From positions 43,395 to 107,394 of IMG/VR virus record IMGVR_UViG_3300045988_179616: a stretch of 64,000 nucleotides of DNA. One strand, 5' to 3'. How positions within the stretch are numbered: the stretch's first letter is position 1; the number at the start of each line of letters is the position of its first letter. Below, in pieces: positions 27,901 through 36,779 of this stretch. The translations under genes were made by a program, and so were the position numbers. The DNA comes from a virus. The notes beneath the pieces are model-generated. The model searched no databases and was not told the DNA's origin. It worked only from the letters and a program-made list of their open reading frames with translations.

Positions 27901-30900
27901 CTATTAATTTTGATAGTCCAGAAAAAGATACTTTTACTGTTCAAAATTATAAAACTCAATTTGAAGATTTATTTCAACGTATAACCTCAACAACTCAATC
28001 TCTTCAATACTCAACTGGTGAATATAACAGGGCCTCGAATGCTATTGAGGGGAAGGGAGTTATAAATAGTGAAACTCTTCAAAATAGTATAAATATAAAT
28101 AATGAATTAGTTTTTAAATCTCAGAATGAAGCGATTTTTCAAGATTCAACAGGTTTAACTTTAAGTGATACAACAGACCCGTCAAAGAAGACCAAATTGA
28201 CTTCTGGAGGATTATTTATCTCAGTAGATGGCGGTGTAACTTGGAAAAATGCAGTAAGAGGAGAAGGAGTTTCAACTCAATATTTAACTTCTGGTTCCAT
28301 TAATACTGAGAACATTTCTATTTTAGATGGTCAATTTCCAACTTTTAGATGGGACAAATATGGTCTAAATGCCTTTGAAGCGGTATATGAAAACGACACC
28401 TTGGTTGGCATTGTCGATAATAATTATATTCGTTTTGACCAGTTTGGTATTTATGGGGTAAACCAAAGTGGCAGCAATACTCCTTTAAATCCAAAAAGTT
28501 TAGATGAAGTAAAAGAAAATGCTTTTTTCGGTTTAATTAGAAATGGATTCTTTTTAAAATCAGAAGAAGAGAATGGAATAGTTGAAATTTCTAGCGAAAA
28601 TAATATTTTAGTAAAGACAGATGAAATTGAAAGAATTAAAATAGGAAAACTTAGTGAAAGTCAATATGGATTAAGAATTAAAGATAAGAACAATATTATT
28701 TCCCTTGAAACTGATGATAATGGAAAACTTTGGTTAAAAGATAGTTTAAATATTTATAACACAACTGAGACATATGTTCTTTCCACTGATACAATAGTAG
28801 ACGATACCAAAACTTATTATCAATTAGATAAAGAAAATAATACTTATATTAAAGTTATCACCCCTTATGGAAATCCATCAGAAAATGGTTATTTTGAAAA
28901 ATATAATTATGATATTAAAATTGGAAATATTGAAACTTCAGTTGGTCAATTAAATCAAGTTTTTAATGCCAACAATAATTTTATAGTATATGAAGATGGC
29001 TCTATAAAAGCAACTACTGGTAGTTTTTCAGGAGATATTACTGGTTCAACAGGAACTTTTTCTGGAAAAATATTTGCTTCTAGTGGACGCATTGGAGGCT
29101 TAGAAATTAATGGTGATTTTACCCGTGAGCCAATTGCAGAAATAAGAGAAGATAAATTAGTAATTAAAGGAACCGGTTTAGAAGTTAGAAATAATAATGG
29201 AGACTTGTCATTAGGAGCACTTTCTAATGGGGATTTGATTTTTTCGGGAGAACTGCAGGGTGCTACTGGAACTTTTTCAGGTGATATTAGCGCCGCATCA
29301 GGTACATTTTCTGGAGGTTTACTTGCCAGTTCAGGAAAAATTGGAGGATTTAAAATCTCTTCGGATTATTTATATAAAGAAATATACAAGTTATCTGAAG
29401 ATACTTCCAGAGATATTAATAAAAAATATTATGCACTTGAAAATGGAGAATATGTTGAAGTTATTTTTTCTAATGAAAATTCTGTAGAAATAAATCCAAA
29501 AGAAAAAGGATATTATGAGGATGATATAAATAACAGTCCTCTGATTCTCTTTGGAACAGAAGGGAAAATAAAAACAACTAATATTGAATTAGGTTCTGGT
29601 GCTAAAATTGTTGATAAAATTGTTCTTTCTTCTGGGGTCGGAAAACCAGAAGCATATATTTATAATCCAGAAAAATATTCAGATGTATTTTTAAAAGCTG
29701 GAAATTTAGAATTAAAAACTAATGGTCTTTTTGAGATTGGTGACATTATAATTGATGGCTCTGCTGAAGGGCCTAGTATTCGATCAACAAAATGGGCAAT
29801 TACACCAGATACTGCAACTTTTAAAAATGTAATTGCTCAAGGCGGAACAATTGAAAATGTTGTTTTTTCAAATTCTTCTACTCAGAGCGCCGGAGGTATA
29901 ATGATTTTTAAACCTTCGGGCACTTGCTCCTATGATTCAACTCAAGTAACAGAAGGAAAAAATATTTATTATTATCTTTTAGATAAAAATAGCAATTTAG
30001 AATTAGAACAAGGAACCCAAGTTTTGCTTCAAAAATATGAAGCTAATGTTGAAATAGTTGAAGAATTAGGAGATTCTTTCAAAAAAGTTGGACTTTGTTT
30101 TTCTAAGAGCTACAATGAAGAAGATATTATTAACCCACAAATCACTTATACTCTCACAACTCTTTATGGTTTTAAAGAAGGAGAATTAGTTGATAGTCTT
30201 TTAATAGGAATAAATTCATCTAGTGTTGCTCAGTTTAATCTTAAACCAAAAGGAATAACTTTAATTTCACCAAAATTAATTGATGGAGAAGTTGTTTATC
30301 CTGATGAACCAGGTCTTTTTATTGGCGATTTATCAAGTATAGATTTAAGTGGAAGATATAAAGGATATGGCCTCATTGGAGACAATGTTTATTTAAATGG
30401 GACCTTGACAACAAAAGTTAAAGGGGTTTCTAATTCAACTTATGCGGGAGTAAATACTACTACCGGTGTAGCTTCTAAGAAATTTGGTGATTTTGAAAAA
30501 ATTGTTTTTTGGGCAGGAGCAGAGAATGAAAAAGATACTTCAATTCAAGAAGCGCCCTTCCAAGTAACAGATTACGGTAATTTATATGCTTCACAAGGAA
30601 AATTCTCTAATTCAATTTTTACCGATAGCTCAATTTATGGTGGAGATATCTATACTGCAAGAATTCATGGATATGAAAATGATACTTCTTCAGCTTTAAG
30701 TATTTATAATACTGGAAATGAGAAAGGAATTACCTTTTTTGAAGGAGATAAGGTTCTTACAGGAGAAGAAGAGAAAGTCACTCTTCAAATTAATAAAAAC
30801 GGTTTAAAATTTAGAAATACTGAATTTATTAGTTTAAATGAAGAAGATTCTAAGTTAAAAATAGCTTTCAAGACTGTACCTCAAGAAAATAGTTATTTGG

Positions 30901-31142
30901 AACTTTCAGATTTTACTCTTCAAAGAATAACCAAAAGCCTAGAAGAAGAGAAAATTATCTCTAGCCTCTTTTTTGGAAAGGATGAAATCCAAGGAACTAT
31001 CGGAACTGAAACACTTCTTTCTATTTCTAATCAGTCAGTTAAAGCGTTAAAAGACTTAGAAGTTTTTAACGATGTTAGATTTTCTAGATTTCTAGAATAT
31101 AGAAAGGTAGATAATGGATATGACTTATACATATCTGAGTAA
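24906..31142 (+). CDS. Tail-associated (Tal-like) minor structural protein, 2078 aa
   Basis: The N-terminus (YEISLWNDKF...) resembles the prophage tail endopeptidase / minor structural N-terminal region. Internal GxFSG repeats (GSFSGDITGSTGTFSGKIFASSGRIGG; GATGTFSGDISAASGTFSGGLLASSGKIGG). Position after Dit. Confidence 0.7.
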   Translation: MIKNKYEISLWNDKFIKSTETIPAHYEEEKICILGSDSMTSQARVVEPKLVQNVNGTNILTFKLFYYYIDNETGEKVRNPFLSLLVNERKIKCRWDNKWYDFVIKGIQEDSSGKSITYTCSDLFVNELSKTGFNLEFNTDLNNNQGTAQELAEKVLEGTDWKLDIQKSDHILQTIEEPLYKTITTQVIDTLEGTKIGENSEIYLFYSVVSEKETFIQFIYNEKGYETEANSQLLKENNCFSIEVADYDKWLEKYTTGIGSTLSDYRGKRLVRQQLQEFNDAVGRNCYVFNKSNTDKTKVLGYSTIEYKDPTVILNLISNSKDFVDTNGWLGNLEWQLYPLFYNSENIPIDYEGKTYLLTSGEQDSKNNYLPIFNSGLQNSAIYLENGLQTGQKYIVRIKAYTDDNGKPSNTLIAPTDVSFQILDYFNSLGAGSDGVPEHNSDSYCNFTTPLIKNTYVSTKDTTPSPEKTYYIWENKEYTIQKNLDSFSADLKYYELGDKVIEFEVEILKSIPRADITAGYLKEAEKDNSQHIAKPGLFIYLPKCWLEEIQFYQKVEGYNGQVIHIGDLDTQSVGTTYYKYFIPNNSYKNEDDIKFLYSGTEKQTDYVKLYKDDTKVLYEKIRSINKKQSNRFNLLQSIAETFECWVRFNIDHDSSGKIIYDNGFPKKTVYLKEKIGNELGYGFKYGIDLKTISRSIDSNQITTKVIVSPNINEHAEEGICEIAKSLYSETGENYIYDFGYYISQGLLNSGELNKYFYLPEDGTSGFYIQLKQLNTEYNARVQKIAARKIELSKQTSLQTVYDQYVSSAQEEIISLRSQLAQLAGLKNYNIEKVLAYISNHQDNEKAINLLTTLTTAEHNLENYKNSLFLIERSVSNLTSFIDTEEEKNKKILDKKKNLEENFYKRFSRFIQEGTWTSQDYIDENLYYLDAKSVAYTSSRPKVSYNISVIRLNALPEFAGKIFNVGDISYIEDTEFFGYVIGKNGWKTPYRERILISEKTINFDSPEKDTFTVQNYKTQFEDLFQRITSTTQSLQYSTGEYNRASNAIEGKGVINSETLQNSININNELVFKSQNEAIFQDSTGLTLSDTTDPSKKTKLTSGGLFISVDGGVTWKNAVRGEGVSTQYLTSGSINTENISILDGQFPTFRWDKYGLNAFEAVYENDTLVGIVDNNYIRFDQFGIYGVNQSGSNTPLNPKSLDEVKENAFFGLIRNGFFLKSEEENGIVEISSENNILVKTDEIERIKIGKLSESQYGLRIKDKNNIISLETDDNGKLWLKDSLNIYNTTETYVLSTDTIVDDTKTYYQLDKENNTYIKVITPYGNPSENGYFEKYNYDIKIGNIETSVGQLNQVFNANNNFIVYEDGSIKATTGSFSGDITGSTGTFSGKIFASSGRIGGLEINGDFTREPIAEIREDKLVIKGTGLEVRNNNGDLSLGALSNGDLIFSGELQGATGTFSGDISAASGTFSGGLLASSGKIGGFKISSDYLYKEIYKLSEDTSRDINKKYYALENGEYVEVIFSNENSVEINPKEKGYYEDDINNSPLILFGTEGKIKTTNIELGSGAKIVDKIVLSSGVGKPEAYIYNPEKYSDVFLKAGNLELKTNGLFEIGDIIIDGSAEGPSIRSTKWAITPDTATFKNVIAQGGTIENVVFSNSSTQSAGGIMIFKPSGTCSYDSTQVTEGKNIYYYLLDKNSNLELEQGTQVLLQKYEANVEIVEELGDSFKKVGLCFSKSYNEEDIINPQITYTLTTLYGFKEGELVDSLLIGINSSSVAQFNLKPKGITLISPKLIDGEVVYPDEPGLFIGDLSSIDLSGRYKGYGLIGDNVYLNGTLTTKVKGVSNSTYAGVNTTTGVASKKFGDFEKIVFWAGAENEKDTSIQEAPFQVTDYGNLYASQGKFSNSIFTDSSIYGGDIYTARIHGYENDTSSALSIYNTGNEKGITFFEGDKVLTGEEEKVTLQINKNGLKFRNTEFISLNEEDSKLKIAFKTVPQENSYLELSDFTLQRITKSLEEEKIISSLFFGKDEIQGTIGTETLLSISNQSVKALKDLEVFNDVRFSRFLEYRKVDNGYDLYISE

Positions 31143-31156
31143 AAGGAGGAAAATAA

Positions 31157-34123
31157 ATGAGTTGGTTATCTTTTACCTATAGCAACGGTCGCCCCAATAT
31201 TATTTTTAATATAGATTATTCTAAAAAAAGAATCAGTAACGCTACTATGCGCTATACTTTTACAGTAAAGTGGAATTTAAAATATAGTGATTCTTATCTT
31301 TATAGTGGCTATTTTCTCAAAATAAAAGCGACCTGTGAAAATTCTTCCAGCGGTTGGCAAATTATGCGAAATTATAGTGATTCAACGACAGGGACAACCG
31401 TACATACTTTGACCTTCTCTTTAGATGTTCCAAGTACAGCTGGTGGAACTTCACAGACAATTACTTTTACTGGATTAAATGACAGTTCCTATGATTCAAA
31501 CTATATGAACTTTTCGCGAAGTGGGACTGTTATAACGGATGCTCTTCTTTGGACAAATTGTTCTTCAGCATCTAATATTCTAATTCCTTCTGTTTTTACC
31601 CCAAAAGACGGACTAGAAGTAACTTGGACCAAAGGTAGTGGAGGAACTAATAATCCTATAATTGGTTATGATGTTTATTTATGGGGCTCAGCCTCTGGAA
31701 CCTATCCCTCGACTTCACGATATGATTATAAAATTTCTACTACATCTACTAGTGTTACTTTTTCATCTCCTGAATATCAAAGTTTTTTTGATAAATATCG
31801 TGGATATTTTTTCTATATAGGAATAGTAACAAAAAGTCAATATAATACAACTTCTATGGCTTATAGCAATAGGGCAGTACTAAATGTACTGCCCCCTGCT
31901 CCAACTTCTCCAGTCCGGGAAAAAACAATTAGTTCAAATTCTACCGGGGCCACTTTAACTATAACCCCTGGGACCAAAACCCCAAATCAAGGATATACTA
32001 CTACATCTGTTTATTATAGTACTTCAGCCAATTCTAATTATCAAAAATTTACATCTGACTCGACCCTCTTACCTAGTGGAGCAACTTATTATTTTAAGAC
32101 TTATGATGGAAAAGAATATAGTAAAAATTATATCGAAGTACAAATTTTAAAAAATATCGCTCCAACAGTAGCTCTTTCTTTTAATAGTAGTAATTCAACC
32201 AAAACAACAGTTTATAAAAATGGAGTTTTACAAGATAACTACTATGAAAGTTTAAATTTTTCTTTTACAACGAATAAATCTTCTGGAACCATTAAATTGT
32301 ATCAAAAAGGAGAAAATTCAGATAATTTAGTTACTTCTTATTCAATAGCTTCGACCTCAACCCAAAAAAATTTAAATCTTAGAAATTGCGGTTTTCTTTC
32401 TAATGTCTCTCTAGAATTTTATGCTATTTTTAATGACGGAATAGAAGATTCATCCGAATCTATTCATACTACCAACATAATTATGATATCCGCTCCTCCA
32501 AGTTTTTTGACTACATACAATCAATTTGCTCTTTCAGATATAGTTGGAACAACCAAAGGACATTTTTATGATAAGGTTCGTTTTGTATATGATTATGATA
32601 GCTATTATTACAATGGGACTTTTACTTCTAATCTTTCTAATAATTTTATTAATATTACAAAAGATAAAAGTGAAAAACAAATGTGGTGGGATGTAACTTT
32701 TAGTACTGCCTCTTTTTCAAATGGCGAGACTGTTTCATTTTCAAACGTTTTAAGTCAAGAAGAATCAATAACTTCTTTAGGAAATTTAATACGTGCTCAA
32801 GAAATTAAGTTTGTAAATGATACTTTAAAGAGAACTATAAAACCTTTTTCATCTGAAGATAGTTTTTCTCTCTCTCCCTTTTATCTTAGTACAGAAAAAA
32901 CCTTAGAGGCTTTTTACGCTGAAAAAGATTTAAACAAAAATGGAGCAGACATAAAATTAGTTTTTAATTCAATAATTTATAATGAGATAAAAGAATCTGT
33001 AGAATGGGAAGAGGGAAATAACGATAGTGTTGCCGTTAAATTTAATTTTTCTGGAAAAGGTTTTTATGAAAAAATTAAAAATCTTATTCCTCCTTCTCGA
33101 AGCGGGAAAATTTCTTGTTCCTTGCAAGTTATTATTACAAATCTTTTTGGACAGAATTTTTCGAATAGCTACCCATTAATTTTAGATTATGATGAACCTA
33201 TTAATGTTTCTAATTTTTCAATTTCAAAAGGAATTTATGGTTCTAATTCCTTTAATTTTTCTAATGGAGATAGAATCTGCGAAGGAATTAAATTAAACTT
33301 TGAACCACTTATATCTATTTACAATGGCAATTCTTTTGACTATATGATTCAGATAAAAAGAGGTTCTGGAAATTTTATTGACTATTTAAATGATTGGCAA
33401 ACAATTGAAACTCAGAATTTGGTTGTAGGACACAAGTCTCCAATGTCAATAAAATTATCAATTACTACTCCGACAGTTCAAGAAATCAGCTCAGGAGAAA
33501 ACTGTGTTTTTCGTCTTTTAATTAGAGTAACAAATCAAACTTTTATATTTGATTCTCAAAGCTATGAAAGAATTAAATATATACCATCGGAAATTTCTTT
33601 TATCAAAGGAGAGTATTCAAAAGGAACTGGCTATTCTTTAGTTTATAAAATTACAGAAGGATATGAAACATTATCCTCCCCTCTACCAGAGGTAAAAAAA
33701 GTATACGCTATTGGAGTAGAGAAAGAAAAGACAGAACTGCCTTCTGAAGCTTGGGAAAAAACCAATATAGTATATTCTGGAAGTCCGATGGGAGAACACG
33801 AAACTTTTAAAGAGGTTTCGTTGCAGACAGAAACTACCTTAACTGTAACTTTTGGGACGGTAAAGGTTCAATTAACAAAAAGTGCCACTTCTAATTCTAT
33901 TTTAATTTATTCTTTGGCTCCAACAATTTCTTATAGACAAAATAACTTAGGATTAAATACTTTCCCAAACAAAACAGATTCTGTTTTAGAAATTTCTCCT
34001 TATAAAACTAGAGATAAAATTTATTTAATTCCTCCTACTGAGAGTATTCCTACAGTAGCCTTTGATTTAACAAAAGGGACTTTTTTAAATTTGATAATTG
34101 ATTGCGGAGAAATTACTATTTAA
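31157..34123 (+). CDS. Tail fibre / receptor-binding protein candidate (988 aa, S/T/N-rich, FN3-like segment)
   Basis: Position after Tal. Beta-rich S/T/N composition. Contains a VTWTKGSGGTNNPIIGYDVYLWG segment typical of FN3-like repeats. Confidence 0.5.
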   Translation: MSWLSFTYSNGRPNIIFNIDYSKKRISNATMRYTFTVKWNLKYSDSYLYSGYFLKIKATCENSSSGWQIMRNYSDSTTGTTVHTLTFSLDVPSTAGGTSQTITFTGLNDSSYDSNYMNFSRSGTVITDALLWTNCSSASNILIPSVFTPKDGLEVTWTKGSGGTNNPIIGYDVYLWGSASGTYPSTSRYDYKISTTSTSVTFSSPEYQSFFDKYRGYFFYIGIVTKSQYNTTSMAYSNRAVLNVLPPAPTSPVREKTISSNSTGATLTITPGTKTPNQGYTTTSVYYSTSANSNYQKFTSDSTLLPSGATYYFKTYDGKEYSKNYIEVQILKNIAPTVALSFNSSNSTKTTVYKNGVLQDNYYESLNFSFTTNKSSGTIKLYQKGENSDNLVTSYSIASTSTQKNLNLRNCGFLSNVSLEFYAIFNDGIEDSSESIHTTNIIMISAPPSFLTTYNQFALSDIVGTTKGHFYDKVRFVYDYDSYYYNGTFTSNLSNNFINITKDKSEKQMWWDVTFSTASFSNGETVSFSNVLSQEESITSLGNLIRAQEIKFVNDTLKRTIKPFSSEDSFSLSPFYLSTEKTLEAFYAEKDLNKNGADIKLVFNSIIYNEIKESVEWEEGNNDSVAVKFNFSGKGFYEKIKNLIPPSRSGKISCSLQVIITNLFGQNFSNSYPLILDYDEPINVSNFSISKGIYGSNSFNFSNGDRICEGIKLNFEPLISIYNGNSFDYMIQIKRGSGNFIDYLNDWQTIETQNLVVGHKSPMSIKLSITTPTVQEISSGENCVFRLLIRVTNQTFIFDSQSYERIKYIPSEISFIKGEYSKGTGYSLVYKITEGYETLSSPLPEVKKVYAIGVEKEKTELPSEAWEKTNIVYSGSPMGEHETFKEVSLQTETTLTVTFGTVKVQLTKSATSNSILIYSLAPTISYRQNNLGLNTFPNKTDSVLEISPYKTRDKIYLIPPTESIPTVAFDLTKGTFLNLIIDCGEITI

Positions 34124-34125
34124 AT

Positions 34126-34154
34126 TTGACTTTTTCTTTAGAATGAATTATAAT
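34126..34154 (+). promoter_or_regulatory. Consensus sigma-70 type promoter (TTGACT-17-TATAAT) at the end of the fibre gene
   Basis: TTGACT at 34126-34131, TATAAT at 34149-34154, 21 nt upstream of the ATG at 34176. Confidence 0.55.
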
Positions 34155-34175
34155 AAAAGAAAAGGAGGGGAAAAA

Positions 34176-34559
34176 ATGAAAATTAGTTTATATAATTTAA
34201 TAAACGTGCTGGCTATAGAAGATAAGCTTTCTGCACAAAAACTTCCAATAAAAGTTACTTATCGTCTTTCAAAGATTTTCTCATGCGCTCATGAGGAAGC
34301 AAATTTTTATCAAGAAAAACTTTTAGAAATTTTAAAAAACTATGGTGAGAAAGATTCTAATGGAGAAATCATTACCTCTGAAAATGGAACTGTTTCAATT
34401 CAAAAAGATAAGATAGATGAGTGTTCTAAGGAGTTAAGCGAGCTTCAAAATTTAGAATTAGAAATTCCAGATTATTTTATTTCTTTAGATAGCTTAGAAA
34501 CTATAAAAATTTCTCTCGATGAAATTTCAGTATTACTACCATTTATTTGCGAAAAGTAA
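34176..34559 (+). CDS. Hypothetical protein (127 aa; start refined), own promoter and terminator (moron-like unit)
   Basis: AAAGGAGGGG RBS before the ATG at 34176. The ORF-track extension from 34098 overlaps the fibre gene. Acidic helical protein. Confidence 0.5.
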   Translation: MKISLYNLINVLAIEDKLSAQKLPIKVTYRLSKIFSCAHEEANFYQEKLLEILKNYGEKDSNGEIITSENGTVSIQKDKIDECSKELSELQNLELEIPDYFISLDSLETIKISLDEISVLLPFICEK

Positions 34560-34570
34560 ATAAAGACCCA

Positions 34571-34625
34571 AGCCCGTTTTCGATTTGTTATTAGAACTTA
34601 TCGAAAGCGGGCTCTTTTTATTTTG
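34571..34625 (+). terminator. Rho-independent terminator
   Basis: AGCCCGTTTTCGAT-loop-ATCGAAAGCGGGCT (14-bp stem with one G-U wobble) followed by CTTTTTATTTT. Confidence 0.7.
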
Positions 34626-34677
34626 GAGTAAGATTCTTTTATTCGCTTATAAATAGAGGAGAAAAAGGAGGGATAAA

Positions 34678-35019
34678 ATGGCAGGATATAATCCATATGC
34701 TACAAATTCATATCAGGGAACTCAAATGTTCCCACAACCTCAAGGAAATGTTTATACCCTAAATAACTCAATGGAAATTGCTAATATACCCGTTAGTGGT
34801 GGTATTTCAGTTGGCATCTGTCCAAGTGAAAATCTTATGTATATAAAAGCTATGGTCAATGGCGCTCCATCTTTGATGGTATATACAATCACTCCTTGTG
34901 AAACGAAACAAAACTTACAAAATGATGAAGTTTCTTCAAGACTAGAAAGACTTGAAGGTCAAATTGAAGAAATCAAAAAACTATTAGGCGGAGGAGGCAA
35001 GTTAAAAAATGAACTCTAA
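34678..35019 (+). CDS. Hypothetical protein (113 aa; Q/N/Y-rich N-terminus, coiled-coil and G-rich C-terminus)
   Basis: ORF with an AAGGAGGG RBS. Confidence 0.55.
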   Translation: MAGYNPYATNSYQGTQMFPQPQGNVYTLNNSMEIANIPVSGGISVGICPSENLMYIKAMVNGAPSLMVYTITPCETKQNLQNDEVSSRLERLEGQIEEIKKLLGGGGKLKNEL

Positions 35020-35227
35020 TATGTTATCAGCTTTAATGAATATGGGCCACAATCAAACTCAAACTCCGACTCAAATAACTCCTCCAATTGATCCTGAAAA
35101 GATGAAACAAATGATACCGAATTTAACAAAAGAAAACCTTGTCCAATTAGTTCAACGGGCTCGTTTGCAAGGAATACCCGAAGACCAAATCGAACAAGGT
35201 CTCAACTTTATATTAAGTTTAAAATAA
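35009..35227 (+). CDS. Hypothetical protein (72 aa)
   Basis: ORF overlapping the upstream stop by 11 nt. Confidence 0.45.
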   Translation: MNSNMLSALMNMGHNQTQTPTQITPPIDPEKMKQMIPNLTKENLVQLVQRARLQGIPEDQIEQGLNFILSLK

Positions 35228-35275
35228 CTTTTGCGTCCGGGGCATAAGTTATAATAAATAAATGGAGGAATAAAA

Positions 35276-35965
35276 ATGATGAATGAAGGACTATCAGTAG
35301 GTGATATCCTAGCTCTAACTCGCGACCAAGATGGAATGAGTAATGCATGGAACAACCCCTTTATCTATCTTGTCTGGCTTGTATTACTTGGAGGTAATGG
35401 AGGTCTATTCGGAAATCGTGACAGCAATGCCTTACAGGGTGCGCTAACTCGCTCAGATATGTTTGAAGGATTTAATAACCAAGACATCAATAGTCAGCTC
35501 CGTGGAATTACAAATGAACTCTGTGATGGTTTTTATGCTGTCAATAATGGATTGAAAGATGGCTTCTATGGTAATCAAGGCACTATGAAAGATGGCTTCT
35601 ATGGCGTCCAGGGCGCGCTAGCTGAGAACCGTTTTGCTCAACAAAATTGTTGCTGTGAAATTAAGGGTGGTATTAAAGACCTTTCTGCCGAAGGTTATCG
35701 TAATACCTGCGAAATCACAACCGCTATTCATGCTGAAGGTGAAGCCACTCGCGCTCTAATCAATAGCAATACTATGCAGGAACTACGAGATAAATTAACT
35801 GAAAAGGATCGAGAGGTCCAGGCCCGTGACTTCCAGCTATCTCAAATCGCGCAGACTAATAATATTGTAGGCCAGATTAGACCATGTCCTGTTCCTGCAT
35901 ATGTTACCTGTAACCCTTGGGGAAGCAACCATAACTATAATAATGGTTGCGGTTGTGGAATTTAA
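35276..35965 (+). CDS. Cys-rich single-pass membrane protein (229 aa), function unknown
   Basis: Hydrophobic FIYLVWLVLLGGNGGLFG segment. Internal KDGFYG duplication (18-bp perfect repeat at 35554-35571 and 35587-35604). A CCCE motif and a C-terminal NNGCGCGI. Confidence 0.55.
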   Translation: MMNEGLSVGDILALTRDQDGMSNAWNNPFIYLVWLVLLGGNGGLFGNRDSNALQGALTRSDMFEGFNNQDINSQLRGITNELCDGFYAVNNGLKDGFYGNQGTMKDGFYGVQGALAENRFAQQNCCCEIKGGIKDLSAEGYRNTCEITTAIHAEGEATRALINSNTMQELRDKLTEKDREVQARDFQLSQIAQTNNIVGQIRPCPVPAYVTCNPWGSNHNYNNGCGCGI

Positions 35966-36008
35966 GCTTTTTACCGTGAATACATATCCGTATCGGAGGT
36001 AAATAAAA

Positions 36009-36425
36009 ATGATTGATAGCTATTCAAATACTTCTCAAGAGGTTGTGGCTGGAGGCAATATCTCCTTTGCTATAAACAGTATCCAAACTGGATGTACCGT
36101 AACTCACAGCGCCGGTAGTACCACTTTCTCACTAAACAAGCCTGGTTTCTACTTTATAACATTCAATGGGACTGGTGCTATTACTGGAGCAACTGCGGGT
36201 ACAATAATTGTCTCCATGTTGAATAATGGAACTTTGGTTCCTGGAGCAACTGCTAGTGTTTCTTCCGCTTCAACAACTGATGTGCGTAGCTTAGCATTCT
36301 CTAAACTCATCCAAGTAAAACCTTCTTGTTGTGCCGTAAATAATACCACTAACCTAACCTTCAACAATGCTGGTTTAGCTGCGACTTTTACTAATGTAAA
36401 TATTGTAATAACTAAAATAGCATAA
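36009..36425 (+). CDS. Small beta-rich G/T/N/S protein (138 aa); possible C1q/TNF-like (BclA C-terminal-like) jelly roll, low confidence
   Basis: Composition and alternating beta-strand pattern (FYFITFNGTG...IIVSMLNNGTLVPGA...TNLTFNNAG...NVNIVITK). The resemblance is from memory only. Confidence 0.35.
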   Translation: MIDSYSNTSQEVVAGGNISFAINSIQTGCTVTHSAGSTTFSLNKPGFYFITFNGTGAITGATAGTIIVSMLNNGTLVPGATASVSSASTTDVRSLAFSKLIQVKPSCCAVNNTTNLTFNNAGLAATFTNVNIVITKIA

Positions 36426-36437
36426 GGAGGCACAATT

Positions 36438-36743
36438 ATGGTAAAATTCAAAGCACTATATAAGGGAATGAACGACGACCTAAAAGATGCAGAAATGATG
36501 ATTGACTATGCTTGCGAAATCAGTAAACACGAAGAAGATAAAGCGTTAGCAGATGAAATCGCAAAATACGCTCAATACCGACTAGAACATTTCATGAATT
36601 TTCACAAATTATTTGAAAACGAGGCTTCTAAAGAAAAGAATGTAGATAAAGAAACTGTCTCAGGGTGTATGTGGCATGAAACCCATGAAATGTTCCAGCA
36701 TTGGTATGATGATATTGAACGAAAAATAAAGAAATATTCCTAA
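36438..36743 (+). CDS. Hypothetical helical protein (101 aa)
   Basis: ORF with an AGGAGG RBS. Last gene of the rightward arm. Confidence 0.5.
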   Translation: MVKFKALYKGMNDDLKDAEMMIDYACEISKHEEDKALADEIAKYAQYRLEHFMNFHKLFENEASKEKNVDKETVSGCMWHETHEMFQHWYDDIERKIKKYS

Positions 36744-36749
36744 TTATAA

Positions 36750-36777
36750 GAGAGAAGGGCTTTATTGCTCTCCTCTC
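36750..36777. terminator. Bidirectional terminator between the convergent arms
   Basis: GAGAGAAGGGC-tttatt-GCTCTCCTCTC, flanked by A/T runs on both sides. Lies between the stops at 36743 (+) and 36780 (-). Confidence 0.6.
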
Positions 36778-36779
36778 TT

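Noticed and set aside
34098-34175. N-terminal extension of ORF 34098-34559 overlapping the fibre gene
   Set aside because: The extension covers the fibre stop and a consensus promoter. A strong RBS precedes the internal ATG at 34176.
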